The position numbers and the translations under genes are program-made. Below, piece by piece: positions 51,708-63,827 of a stretch of DNA of 64,000 nt. How positions within the stretch are numbered: the first letter of the stretch is position 1; the number at the start of each line of letters is the position of its first letter. Under the pieces are notes generated by a model that was not told where the DNA came from, made no database searches, and worked only from the letters and a program-made list of their open reading frames with translations. Source of the DNA: a phage; the sequence record PV730302.1; one strand, given 5' to 3'.

Positions 51708-51896
51708 AATGTTCTTCCAAGAAGGCAAGGAGTTCAGGAGCGGATTTAAAAATACCACCATCGACCTTGTCTTCATCTTTATAGTCCATAACATCCAGGC
51801 CAATGCGTCCATCAGTTAAAGGCCACACGCCGAAGAAAAAGCATTTACGTTTTTCAATTTCTTCGATTGTACGAAAAATCTTTTCGATATTATTCA

Positions 51897-51897
<1 letters not shown>
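51700..51897 (-). CDS. Hypothetical protein
   Basis: ORF 51700..51927 trimmed to internal ATG (MNNIEKIF) abutting the pseT stop. Confidence 0.4.
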
Positions 51898-53098
<1,201 letters not shown>

Positions 53099-53129
53099 AA
53101 TAATTTCCTCAATTTTTATAATCCGTAGG

Positions 53130-53162
53130 AGCATTATACTCTGCTCCCAAGAGTTTGTAAAC
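53130..53162 (-). promoter_or_regulatory. T4 early-type promoter GTTTAC-N18-TATAAT
   Basis: Minus strand consensus-like -35 and perfect TATAAT upstream of the pseT.1-position gene. Confidence 0.5.
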
Positions 53163-53265
53163 TACTTTCCAAAAAGACCATGCATACACATGCTGAACAC
53201 AATCCCAAAACAAAAGAATGCAGCGCCAAATCTAACGGCATCCCAACCACAAACACATGTCTCAA

Positions 53266-53556
53266 TCATTTGCACTTCTCCTCTTTTAGTCCGGAACGAT
53301 AATAACATAACATAGATTTCTGGTCTTGTACATATCTTTTTACGTCATTCAACCAAATACGATGTTCTTGAGAATCTTCAAATGGCATTCCAACCCAAGC
53401 TTTACCATCGATTACCTTAACCTGCCATTTAACATTATGTTCGGCGATAGGTTGTGGCCATGAAGGATGCAGTTGTTGCTTAGGCACTACAGGGATGTCC
53501 TGGGCACATCCAACTAACAAGCCAATAGATAATACTACCACAGATAATTTAATCAT
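53266..53556 (-). CDS. Outer-membrane spanin lipoprotein (o-spanin)
   Basis: 96 aa; signal peptide with lipobox LVGC (MIKLSVVVLSIGLLVGCAQ); adjacent to i-spanin as in T4 PseT.2/PseT.3. Confidence 0.7.
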   Translation of the reverse strand: MIKLSVVVLSIGLLVGCAQDIPVVPKQQLHPSWPQPIAEHNVKWQVKVIDGKAWVGMPFEDSQEHRIWLNDVKRYVQDQKSMLCYYRSGLKEEKCK

Positions 53557-53906
53557 TCTGTAATGCTCCTGAAGTCTTCTGTAAAGGAATCGAAGGACTT
53601 GTTGATTTGTTTTTCGACCAGTCCTGGCTTACTTGCCACCACGTGCGCCTTCTTCGAATCTTTACGGAGCTTTTCATTTTCTACCTTAATTTTATCCATT
53701 CGGGCATTCATTTCAGTAGTACGGAATTCAATATCCGAGTATTGGCCACGAAGGTCATCCACTGCTTCGGCATTCTGTTTGGCCGTTTGCTGGGTTGTTT
53801 TCAGTTCTTCGGTAAGGGTATCAATACGGCTTGATTGATACGAAATAAAACCGTAAGCCCCTACTGCAATGGCCCCAGCTAAAAGGTAAATACTTAATTT
53901 AGACAT
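53553..53906 (-). CDS. Inner-membrane spanin (i-spanin)
   Basis: 117 aa; N-terminal TM segment then coiled-coil periplasmic domain; start overlaps alc 3' end. Confidence 0.7.
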   Translation of the reverse strand: MSKLSIYLLAGAIAVGAYGFISYQSSRIDTLTEELKTTQQTAKQNAEAVDDLRGQYSDIEFRTTEMNARMDKIKVENEKLRKDSKKAHVVASKPGLVEKQINKSFDSFTEDFRSITE

Positions 53907-54394
53907 TTGGTAATAATCTCGATGATGTCATCACGTGACAGGGAATTGATAAGAACCGTTTTAGGGTTTTCACACTGGATTTTATACGTTTCGAACATAA
54001 AACATAATTCTTCAGCGGTGTGGTAAGGACTTGAAATGCCAAGGCGATTAAACTTGTCGCTTAATGGGTCGCAAATCAAATAGAACGTGATGCCTGAGAT
54101 TTTAACATTAGGCTGGCTGATGTTAATGAATACCTCGGCATCGTACTTGGAAAGGTTGTTTTGGAGAAACTCAACCATAGAGTTGACAGCTTCAGGCATG
54201 GCTTCACGCTTTTCTTCAGCATAACGGGTAGAGTATTCTTTTTGCTTGATTTTCTTTTTAGCATTTTTGGCTAAAGTAACACGAAGATCGGTCAGGTAAC
54301 CTACTGCACGAGAACCTTTAAAAACTTGGATACCGTCAGTAGAGTCACCAAAAGCCTTAACAACCATTTCGTTAGTAATCATTTGCATATTCAT
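53894..54394 (-). CDS. alc: Putative Alc (blocks host transcription of cytosine DNA)
   Basis: Start at internal ATG (MNMQMITNEMV) after AGGAG; about 166 aa; T4 alc position between pseT region and rnlA. Confidence 0.55.
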   Translation of the reverse strand: MNMQMITNEMVVKAFGDSTDGIQVFKGSRAVGYLTDLRVTLAKNAKKKIKQKEYSTRYAEEKREAMPEAVNSMVEFLQNNLSKYDAEVFINISQPNVKISGITFYLICDPLSDKFNRLGISSPYHTAEELCFMFETYKIQCENPKTVLINSLSRDDIIEIITKCLN

Positions 54395-54419
54395 TTGTTT
54401 TCTCCTCATTAGTTGGTAA

Positions 54420-54452
54420 GTCTATACTAACACAACATGAGGAGATGTAAAC
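54420..54452 (-). promoter_or_regulatory. T4 early-type promoter GTTTAC-N17-TAGTAT (alc)
   Basis: Minus strand; -35 overlaps rnlA stop; AGGAG RBS follows. Confidence 0.5.
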
Positions 54453-55600
54453 TACTCTACCATAATTTCTTTCAAATATTTTTCAGGGATTTGGGCTTTA
54501 TGGTTTTTCAAGAACACAGAGTTAATCTGGTCTACAACCGTATCATAATTAATGCCACCTACGTACGCCTGCATAAGAATAGAGAACAACCCTGGGAAGT
54601 CCTTAAGGATTAATTGACCTGTAACAGCGTAGTCCTTACGGTCGCGGCCCTTAAGTTGGGAGTACGCTGCTTCTAACAAGGCCAATGATTGTTCTAAGTA
54701 ATCTAAATGGATGCGTTCAAAGGCATCGATTTTCTCGATAGCAAACGAATCCGTACTGAACAGGCCACGAAGGTCGTCGGTTCCGCCAGCCACTACAACT
54801 TCAAACAAACGTTCGTTATTGTTAATGGAATCTTTGGTATGATGCAGTGCACTGTACCAGGCAGTTTTGAGTTTAAAGAACGTACCATCTTTAAGTACAA
54901 AGATGAAACCTTCAATACCCTCTTGTTTACGGATGTTTTCTACGAAATCACCTTCAGTGAGGTCATAGCTTTCAACCAAATGCTTACGCAGGGCCCCATC
55001 TTTAAACAATTCGGCATACGGAATATATTCACCTGTTTCATTATTACGAACGTTCAACAGGATGAGATTTGTTTCTTGGTAAGCCAGCACGATACGGTTG
55101 GTAGGTGCAACATATTCAAGGTTGCAGGTATACCCAGCTTTGGTGATTTCTTCCAGACGGGCAGCAAAAGCCTCGTTCTCAGGGAGACGAAGGAACCGTA
55201 AAGAATCATGCACCATTGATGAATGGATAGAGCCTTTAGATTTAACAGAAAGATACTGCCGGTCCATGAATGTAGAAATCAGAGAACCATCTTCCTTAGC
55301 CATTACGAGGTCAATATTTTCTGGTGACAAATCCAGACCGATAGTCAGTGGGTTTTCGTCGAGGTTAAAGAACTTTTGCATAGGACGAGCAGCAATACGT
55401 ACAGGACCGTTCTCGTCCATTTCAAACATAATGCCTCGGCACTCTAGTGCGCCGTCTTCCAACCAATCACTGTACGATGCATAGTTATAACTAAAGATGC
55501 GATAGTTGACTCCTAGCGCACTCTGAAAGTCTTTAAAGAAGAACTTAGATTTAGTCGAGTTTTTAACCAGGGCCATCAAGTTATCATATAATTCAATCAT
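54452..55600 (-). CDS. rnlA: RNA ligase 1 (Rnl1)
   Basis: 382 aa; strong similarity to T4 Rnl1 (YRIFSYNYASYSDWL...ALECRGIMFEMD). Confidence 0.9.
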   Translation of the reverse strand: MIELYDNLMALVKNSTKSKFFFKDFQSALGVNYRIFSYNYASYSDWLEDGALECRGIMFEMDENGPVRIAARPMQKFFNLDENPLTIGLDLSPENIDLVMAKEDGSLISTFMDRQYLSVKSKGSIHSSMVHDSLRFLRLPENEAFAARLEEITKAGYTCNLEYVAPTNRIVLAYQETNLILLNVRNNETGEYIPYAELFKDGALRKHLVESYDLTEGDFVENIRKQEGIEGFIFVLKDGTFFKLKTAWYSALHHTKDSINNNERLFEVVVAGGTDDLRGLFSTDSFAIEKIDAFERIHLDYLEQSLALLEAAYSQLKGRDRKDYAVTGQLILKDFPGLFSILMQAYVGGINYDTVVDQINSVFLKNHKAQIPEKYLKEIMVE

Positions 55601-56010
55601 TGCTTTATCCTATGTTGGGTATTCCAAGGTGGATTAAATTTTTTTATGAACATTGGCTCTTCAAGAGACATGGTCTCAACTGACATAGTTCCAAGTTCGT
55701 TAGTCATCGACAGATTAAAGCACTGCCGTGCATAGAACTCTACCTTTTTACCTGCCATTAATGCTTCATGAATCAGAATGGACTTAGTCGAATCTGACGT
55801 TTGGTCCTTACGATTAATGGCTGTTCGGTAGTAGTTGATGCGCTTACGAAGATTTTTAGTCTTCCCGATGTAGACTAGTATATCATCAACCGCTATAGCA
55901 TATATGACATTTTGTTTATTTGGTACCGTAAGTGGAGCTATGGTGGCGTCATCTTGGAGTTCTAGGGTGACGTACTTGATAAAGCTAAATTCGTCTGCGA
56001 TTTCTTTCAT
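55597..56010 (-). CDS. denA: Endonuclease II (GIY-YIG family)
   Basis: Start at internal ATG (MKEIADEFSF); VIYAIAVDDILVYIGKTKNLRKRINYY matches T4 EndoII GIY-YIG motif. Confidence 0.85.
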   Translation of the reverse strand: MKEIADEFSFIKYVTLELQDDATIAPLTVPNKQNVIYAIAVDDILVYIGKTKNLRKRINYYRTAINRKDQTSDSTKSILIHEALMAGKKVEFYARQCFNLSMTNELGTMSVETMSLEEPMFIKKFNPPWNTQHRIKQ

Positions 56011-56018
56011 AGCAATAA

Positions 56019-56032
56019 GGGGCCGAAGCCCC
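56019..56032 (-). terminator. Hairpin GGGGC-cgaa-GCCCC between nrdB and denA
   Basis: GC hairpin in the 27-nt gap after nrdB stop; poor T-run. Confidence 0.35.
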
Positions 56033-56037
56033 ATTCC

Positions 56038-57177
56038 TTAAAAATATTTCTTATACGATGCCATTACTTTTTCATCAACATCGTTATCAATTTGTGCTAC
56101 AAGGTAAGAACTGATTTCCACTTCCTGAGGAGCAGCCTGTACAGCATCAGAGTTCAGGTATTCGCGAATCCAAGGATATGGATGGCGGGCAGGGGCATCA
56201 GTAATAGGACATGGTAAGCCACATTGCTTCATACGAGAAACTGTCAGGTAATCGACAAAAGCACCCATGTTCTGAGTATTTAATCCAGGGCAAGTACCAT
56301 CTTTGAACAGGTGAGCGGCCCATTCTTTTTCTTGACGGTTAACTTCCATGAAAATATCAACTGCTTCTTGTTCACACTCTTGAGCAATTTTAACCCATTC
56401 AGCACCATCAGTACCAAGTTGGAGTTGACGAATAATGTACTGGGTACCTTTAAGGTGAAGCTGTTCATCACGTGCAATGAACTTCATAATCTTAGCATTA
56501 CCTTCCATGATTTCCATGTTTTTATGGAAGTTAAAGGTGCATGCGAAAGATACGTAAAAACGAATAGCTTCCAGGGCGTTGATTACGTGCAGACAGAGGT
56601 AAAGAGAACGCATTAGTTCGTATTTAGCCTGTTTTACGCCTTCGCTAAACTCATGATATTCTTCTAAAGCATTCTGATAAAGGCGAGTTTTCTCGATAAC
56701 GTCATCATAATAACGACCAATGGATTCGGCACGTTTCATGATAGCATCATCTAACAGAATTTCATCAAATACCTTAGATGGGTCTGTATAGAGGTTACGC
56801 ATGATATGGGTATATGAACGAGAGTGAATGGTCTCACTAAAGGTCCATGTAGCCACCCAAGTATCAAGGCTAGGGTCGGAAATCAAGGCTTGGAGTGCTG
56901 CAGAAGGAGCACGACCTTGGATACTATCCAGAAGTGATTGATACTTCAGGTTATTGGTAAAAATATTTTGTTGGAATTGTGGAAGCTTATTAAATTGAGC
57001 AGCATCCATCATCAAGTTGACTTCTTCTGGACGCCAGAAAAAACTCAACTGCTTTTCACAAAGCTCTTCGAATACTTTATGACGTTGGATATCATAACGG
57101 GCAATACCCAATCCTGAACCAAAGAACATCGGCTCGACTAAAACATCAACTGGGGTAGTATTAAAAACTGTAGACAT
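56038..57177 (-). CDS. nrdB: Ribonucleotide reductase small (beta) subunit, uninterrupted
   Basis: 379 aa continuous ORF; di-iron/tyrosyl radical protein; no intron-sized interruption visible. Confidence 0.93.
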   Translation of the reverse strand: MSTVFNTTPVDVLVEPMFFGSGLGIARYDIQRHKVFEELCEKQLSFFWRPEEVNLMMDAAQFNKLPQFQQNIFTNNLKYQSLLDSIQGRAPSAALQALISDPSLDTWVATWTFSETIHSRSYTHIMRNLYTDPSKVFDEILLDDAIMKRAESIGRYYDDVIEKTRLYQNALEEYHEFSEGVKQAKYELMRSLYLCLHVINALEAIRFYVSFACTFNFHKNMEIMEGNAKIMKFIARDEQLHLKGTQYIIRQLQLGTDGAEWVKIAQECEQEAVDIFMEVNRQEKEWAAHLFKDGTCPGLNTQNMGAFVDYLTVSRMKQCGLPCPITDAPARHPYPWIREYLNSDAVQAAPQEVEISSYLVAQIDNDVDEKVMASYKKYF

Positions 57178-57212
57178 ATTATTCTCATTTATTATGGGTT
57201 TAAATTATTTTA

Positions 57213-58016
57213 TCACATATTATGTATAAGCACTTCAGTCTGGAATGACACACCTTTTGATACTTTTTGATATCTAGTTTCAAAATATTCAATTTTGAAA
57301 TTGTTGGATAGGGCCCAATCTTTTAGAATGTTGTTATTAGTAACATCTGATAAATTATTAGTTATAATAAATTTAGACTTTGACTGTTTAATTTTATCTA
57401 ACAATTCTAATTCATCCTTTTCTTCCCATCCTGAATATTTAAATTTGGTAGAAAGATATGGTGGGTCGATGAATAAGTTCTTGTTTTCAAAATCTAAATC
57501 TCTGAATGATTTATTTGAAAAACTTAACAGATGTTGTCTATTTTTAAAAGCGGCGAATTTATCCTGTTGCGATTTATTAAAAGAAGTTCTAGAGTATTTG
57601 GCTCTATCCGCAAAAGAAGCTATATACTTATCATCTTTAGAAAATTTTAACATTGAACTGAATGCAAATAAATGTAGAACATACAAATACAGTCCGTTTT
57701 TAGTTTTATCGTATTCCTTTGCCAGAGAGTAAAACGGTTTAGGGTCCACATCATTTAAGCCGAAATCATCAATGATTTGGACAACATCGTTCATTGATGA
57801 AGTTTTCATCGCGTTGTACATATTGATGACATGATAATTAATATCATTACACTCAACTCGTCGCCCACAATTCATAGAAAATCCGAGGCCACCACAAAAG
57901 GCATCTAAAACTGTATTATCATCAAAGCCCAATACAAATCTATTAATAAAATCCATGTATTTGTGTTTTGAACCCGGGTAAGTTATTGCCGAACAGTATT
58001 TCATATTACTCCTCAT
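57213..58016 (-). CDS. Dam-family DNA N6-adenine methyltransferase (orphan)
   Basis: 267 aa; FCGGLG (motif I) N-terminal and DPPY (motif IV) C-terminal; AT-rich relative to flanks. Confidence 0.78.
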   Translation of the reverse strand: MRSNMKYCSAITYPGSKHKYMDFINRFVLGFDDNTVLDAFCGGLGFSMNCGRRVECNDINYHVINMYNAMKTSSMNDVVQIIDDFGLNDVDPKPFYSLAKEYDKTKNGLYLYVLHLFAFSSMLKFSKDDKYIASFADRAKYSRTSFNKSQQDKFAAFKNRQHLLSFSNKSFRDLDFENKNLFIDPPYLSTKFKYSGWEEKDELELLDKIKQSKSKFIITNNLSDVTNNNILKDWALSNNFKIEYFETRYQKVSKGVSFQTEVLIHNM

Positions 58017-58058
58017 TTGTTAGTGACTCGTCCGTGAGTCAATTATAATCAGATTTTA

Positions 58059-60314
58059 TTAAAGCTTACATGCTGCACAATCGTCGGCTTTAGGAGTTTC
58101 GATTTCATAGTCATCAGTACCAGAGCCATCACGGGTATTATGGTAATAAAGGTTCTTACCACCGTAGTACCAGAAATACAACAGGTCATCAAGCATTACT
58201 GACATCGGAACTTTTCCTTTTGGGAAAATCTGCGGGTCATAATATGTATTAGCTGATGCCGATTGACACACCCATTTCAACGCTATTGCCACTTGGGTAA
58301 GATAAGGTTTATTACCTTTCTTAGCAAGGGTCCAAGCGTAATCGTAGAGTCCTTGGTTATGTTCTACATTAGGAACTACCTGACGGAAGTTACCTTCTTT
58401 AGATTCTTTAATACTTACCGGACCGCGTGGAGGTTCGATACCGTTTGTAGAGTTGGAAACCTGGCTGCTTGATTCACACGGCATAAGTGCTGATAATGTG
58501 CTATTACGGATGCCATGTTTAGCCAAGTCTTCCCGCAACGACGTCCAGTCACAAACATAGTTAGGGGCTGCGATTTGGTCAATCTTTTTATTGTACCAGT
58601 CGATAGGTAATTCGCCTCGAGACCATTTAGTGTCTGAATAATACTCGCAAGGTCCTTTTTCTTCGGCCAACTTGATTGATGCTCGGATAAGTCCATATTG
58701 TAATCTCTCAAACAGTTCATGAGTTAAATCATTAGCGTCTTCATAAGAAGCAAAGTTGCTTGCCAACCAAGCGGCGTAGTTAGTAACACCAACACCCAGA
58801 TTACGACGTTTCTTGGCCTTCAGAGCTTCAGGAACAGGATAATCTTGGTAGTCCAATAGGTTATCAAGTGCACGTACCTGGACTTCAGCGAGCTCGTTGA
58901 TTTTGTCTTGGTCCTGCCAATCGAAGTTATCCAATACGAATGCAGACAACGTACACAAACCAATTTCAGCGTCCGGACTATTCACGTCAGTAGTAGGGAT
59001 AGCAATTTCACAACACAAGTTGCTCTGTCGAATAGGAGCTTTTTCACGAATAAATGGTGTGAAGTTGTTAGTGTTATCAACGAACTGAGGATAAATTCGT
59101 GCAGTGCCTGAGCGTTCGGTCATGAACAATTCGAAAAGGTCGCGTGCTTTAATACGTTTCTTACGAATACTAGGGTCTTTTTCTGCGGCTTCATACAATT
59201 CACGGAAACGGTCTTGGTCTTCGAAATAAGAATAATAAAGCTCACCACCCATTTCGTGAGGACTAAACAACGTGATGTAATCATTTTTACCGAAACGTTC
59301 CATCATAAGGTCGTTCATCTGGATTCCGTAGTCCATATGGCGAATACGGTTCTCATCGACACCTTTGTTGTTTTTCAGAACGAGCAGATTTTCAACTTCC
59401 AAATGCCAAATAGGATAATAAGCAGTAGCAGCGCCGCCACGGATTCCACCTTGTGAACATGATTTAACAGCAGTCTGGAAATGTTTCCAGAATGGAATAA
59501 CGCCAGTATGTTTGACTTCACCCATGCCAATACGAGAACCTTCAGCACGAATCATACCAACGTTGATACCAATACCTGCACGTTTAGAAATGTATTCAAT
59601 TATTGAGTTAGCAGTTTTGTTAATAGATTTCAGCGAGTCGCCTGCTTCAATAACCACACAAGAACTAAATTGACGAGTCGGTGTACGTGCTCCAGCCATA
59701 ATAGGAGTTGGTAATGAAACCTGACGGGTACTTACAGCATCATAAAAACGAATAATATGTGCCAAACGATTACCTGGCTCTTCTTGGTGTAAGGCCATGC
59801 CAATACACATGATAGCGAACTGAGGGGTTTCGTAGATTTTACCCGTGGTCTTATCTTTAACCAGATATTTCTCTTTCAGCTGCATCGCACCTGCATAGGT
59901 CAATTCAAAGTCACGTTCATGCTTGATATGAGATTCTAAGAAAGTAATTTCTTCTGCAGAATATCGAGACAGCAATTCAGGGTCATATTTACCTTCGTTA
60001 ACACAATAGGAAATATGGTCGATAAAGCTACGTGGTTCGAACTGGCCATAAACTTCTTTACGCAGTGCAAACATCAATTGCTTTGCAGCAACATATTGGT
60101 AATCAGGTTCCTCAACCGAAATAAGGTTGGCTGCGACCTTAACAGTCAGATTCTGGATATCTTTGGTAGTCATACCATCACGAAGATGAGATTTGATTTC
60201 TTCGTATAATTCATAGGGGTCGATTTGGGTTCCTTCACAGCCCCAAGTCAGAACTTTAATAATTTTTTGTGCGTCAAAATCTTGGGATACACCACTACTT
60301 TTTTGTACTTGCAT
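58059..60314 (-). CDS. nrdA: Ribonucleotide reductase large (alpha) subunit
   Basis: 751 aa; class Ia RNR with C-terminal CxxC tail; synteny with T4 nrdA. Confidence 0.95.
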   Translation of the reverse strand: MQVQKSSGVSQDFDAQKIIKVLTWGCEGTQIDPYELYEEIKSHLRDGMTTKDIQNLTVKVAANLISVEEPDYQYVAAKQLMFALRKEVYGQFEPRSFIDHISYCVNEGKYDPELLSRYSAEEITFLESHIKHERDFELTYAGAMQLKEKYLVKDKTTGKIYETPQFAIMCIGMALHQEEPGNRLAHIIRFYDAVSTRQVSLPTPIMAGARTPTRQFSSCVVIEAGDSLKSINKTANSIIEYISKRAGIGINVGMIRAEGSRIGMGEVKHTGVIPFWKHFQTAVKSCSQGGIRGGAATAYYPIWHLEVENLLVLKNNKGVDENRIRHMDYGIQMNDLMMERFGKNDYITLFSPHEMGGELYYSYFEDQDRFRELYEAAEKDPSIRKKRIKARDLFELFMTERSGTARIYPQFVDNTNNFTPFIREKAPIRQSNLCCEIAIPTTDVNSPDAEIGLCTLSAFVLDNFDWQDQDKINELAEVQVRALDNLLDYQDYPVPEALKAKKRRNLGVGVTNYAAWLASNFASYEDANDLTHELFERLQYGLIRASIKLAEEKGPCEYYSDTKWSRGELPIDWYNKKIDQIAAPNYVCDWTSLREDLAKHGIRNSTLSALMPCESSSQVSNSTNGIEPPRGPVSIKESKEGNFRQVVPNVEHNQGLYDYAWTLAKKGNKPYLTQVAIALKWVCQSASANTYYDPQIFPKGKVPMSVMLDDLLYFWYYGGKNLYYHNTRDGSGTDDYEIETPKADDCAACKL

Positions 60315-60344
60315 AATTTCCTCAATATGTTAGGTTCTACAATT

Positions 60345-60369
60345 ATTCTATCATAGAACCTGTTAAGCA
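60345..60369 (-). promoter_or_regulatory. Candidate middle promoter for nrdA (MotA-like box TGCTTAA + TAGAAT)
   Basis: Minus strand TGCTTAA then 12 nt then TAGAAT, about 30 nt upstream of nrdA ATG; overlaps inverted repeat GGTTCTA...TAGAACC. Confidence 0.35.
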
Positions 60370-60380
60370 TGGACTGATAT

Positions 60381-60674
60381 TTATAGGTCTTCTAATGAGA
60401 ACGTGTCTTTGAAAAGTTTGTTAACAATCAAGGCTATCACATCCCCATGACAGTCCTTAGGTTTACAGGTACACGCTATTCGCATACCTCTAAGGGTTTC
60501 AAGATGTTCTCTTTTAATTTCACCTGATTTTATTTTAGCAATAAAGTATTCTTTAAAGTTCTTGATGTTTTCCTCACGGGTCCCATCTTTAAATGGATTA
60601 CCCCACATGGTTCCACGTTGGATGTTGACATCAAAATCTTCTTTATACTTGTTAACAACTCTACAGACTCTCAT
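60381..60674 (-). CDS. Hypothetical small Cys/His-containing protein
   Basis: 97 aa; WGNPF ... CTCKPKDCHGD; between td and nrdA. Confidence 0.5.
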   Translation of the reverse strand: MRVCRVVNKYKEDFDVNIQRGTMWGNPFKDGTREENIKNFKEYFIAKIKSGEIKREHLETLRGMRIACTCKPKDCHGDVIALIVNKLFKDTFSLEDL

Positions 60675-60735
60675 TATAGCACCAAATTAAGTCCGACCAT
60701 AATAACCAAAAACAGAGTACAGATTATTTGAATTT

Positions 60736-62512
<1,777 letters not shown>

Positions 62513-62522
62513 TATATTTTCC

Positions 62523-62762
62523 TCACGCTTTCTTAGCGATTTTCCAGTCAGCTTTAAATTGGTCAACGTCTGAGTGGTGAATCCAGAAACCCGATGAGCT
62601 ACCGTCTTCGTAAAGAGGACAACCATCACACTCATCTTTCCACCCCATTGCACACAAAGCTTGTTCAGCTTTTTCCAGAGCTTCCGGGTTATTACCTTGG
62701 ATTGTGAAGTACCATTTGCCTTTAACTTCAGAATCGTTGATTGATTCACGTTGTAATTTCAT
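62523..62762 (-). CDS. Hypothetical protein
   Basis: 79-aa ORF with Cys cluster (CDGCP). Confidence 0.45.
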   Translation of the reverse strand: MKLQRESINDSEVKGKWYFTIQGNNPEALEKAEQALCAMGWKDECDGCPLYEDGSSSGFWIHHSDVDQFKADWKIAKKA

Positions 62763-62838
62763 TTTATTCTCCGGTGTTTAGTTGTTATCTCAGTATGGGG
62801 CCATTATATCATAGCCCCATTTGGCTGTACACCACTTT

Positions 62839-63216
62839 TTACTGAATATCAAAAGTCGCTTTAATCAGGGCAATGACTTCAGCGGCATTTTTGTGATTGA
62901 CTTGTACATGAATGGTTTGGGTATCAATATCAGGGGCATCGCTATCAACTTCTAGGAAGTGACAGAATTCCCATTCACCGAGTTCAAAGTACTCATCAGG
63001 CCCACCCATACTATTCAGGATGGTGCCATCTTTCATTTCAACTTTTTCAACAAAATAATCACCTTCAATATAACTCATATCCAGGACTTTGAAGGAATTG
63101 CCATGTCGTTCCATCAACCTGACCATGCACGAATTATAATTATCATCAGGACTACCAGCGATGAATTGTTTTTTAGCAGCAGGGTCTAATACGTAAAATT
63201 TACCAGTTTCCATCAT
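62839..63216 (-). CDS. Hypothetical protein
   Basis: Track ORF begins at a non-ATG codon; start set to ATGATG (MMETGKFYV) preceded by GAGGAA; hairpin 63239-63262 upstream. Confidence 0.5.
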   Translation of the reverse strand: MMETGKFYVLDPAAKKQFIAGSPDDNYNSCMVRLMERHGNSFKVLDMSYIEGDYFVEKVEMKDGTILNSMGGPDEYFELGEWEFCHFLEVDSDAPDIDTQTIHVQVNHKNAAEVIALIKATFDIQ

Positions 63217-63274
63217 TTTAATTTCCTCATTTTTGTTGAGGGAACATATTATCATGTTCCCGTCGGTTTGTATA

Positions 63275-63502
63275 CTAAGCTTCAATCAAATTCATATAAA
63301 ATTCAGCGTCTTCCGGGTGCATCCCTTCGCAATATTCATTTTGCATAAAGCGGGTAAGGTCTTCAAGAGGACCTTGGACTTCAATTTGAATACTAAAGAA
63401 TTGGGTATCTTTAATGTAAGTCATACACAAAGAAGGATAACGATTACGGATAACTTCGTAAGTGTATTCAAAATCAACGATATCAATATTAACCTTAGCC
63501 AT
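63275..63502 (-). CDS. Hypothetical early protein
   Basis: Start at second ATG ([13 protein letters not shown]) after GAGG; GTTTAC-N17-TACTAT promoter at 63532-63563. Confidence 0.5.
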   Translation of the reverse strand: MAKVNIDIVDFEYTYEVIRNRYPSLCMTYIKDTQFFSIQIEVQGPLEDLTRFMQNEYCEGMHPEDAEFYMNLIEA

Positions 63503-63531
63503 TTTATTTTCCTCACTCATTAGTTGATAGG

Positions 63532-63563
63532 TCTATAGTATCATGTTTAAAGCAGATGTAAAC
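63532..63563 (-). promoter_or_regulatory. T4 early-type promoter GTTTAC-N17-TACTAT
   Basis: Upstream of ORF 63275..63502. Confidence 0.5.
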
Positions 63564-63565
63564 AC

Positions 63566-63826
63566 TTATTTTTGAATTTTATCGAGCCATTTACCAAGTT
63601 TAATCATTTCTTTGGTAGCTTTTTCCATACTTCTGAATTTAACCAGTAAAGGTTGAGCATCAACACCCATAACTAAAGTGGTTACAAGACTATGTTCACC
63701 TACAAGCCATAACGAATACGTTTGGATATCGAGCCCATAATTTCGGTCTTTATGAACTCGTACACCCATCACTTCAAACTGTTCGCTGGCTTTTTCTACT
63801 GCATCCAGGAAATCATCTTTAGTCAT
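63566..63826 (-). CDS. Hypothetical protein
   Basis: Start at internal ATG (MTKDDFLDAVEK) overlapping upstream stop (TAACATG). Confidence 0.45.
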   Translation of the reverse strand: MTKDDFLDAVEKASEQFEVMGVRVHKDRNYGLDIQTYSLWLVGEHSLVTTLVMGVDAQPLLVKFRSMEKATKEMIKLGKWLDKIQK

Positions 63827-63827
63827 G

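Noticed and set aside
57213-58016. Dam-like methyltransferase as half of a restriction-modification system
   Set aside because: Neighbours are nrdB and nrdA with only 36-43 nt gaps; no candidate nuclease ORF adjacent, so it is called an orphan methyltransferase.
62839-63285. Track start of the 148-aa ORF
   Set aside because: First codon at 63283-63285 is not ATG and the frame would read through a stable hairpin (63239-63262); internal ATGATG with GAGGAA RBS at 63216 preferred.
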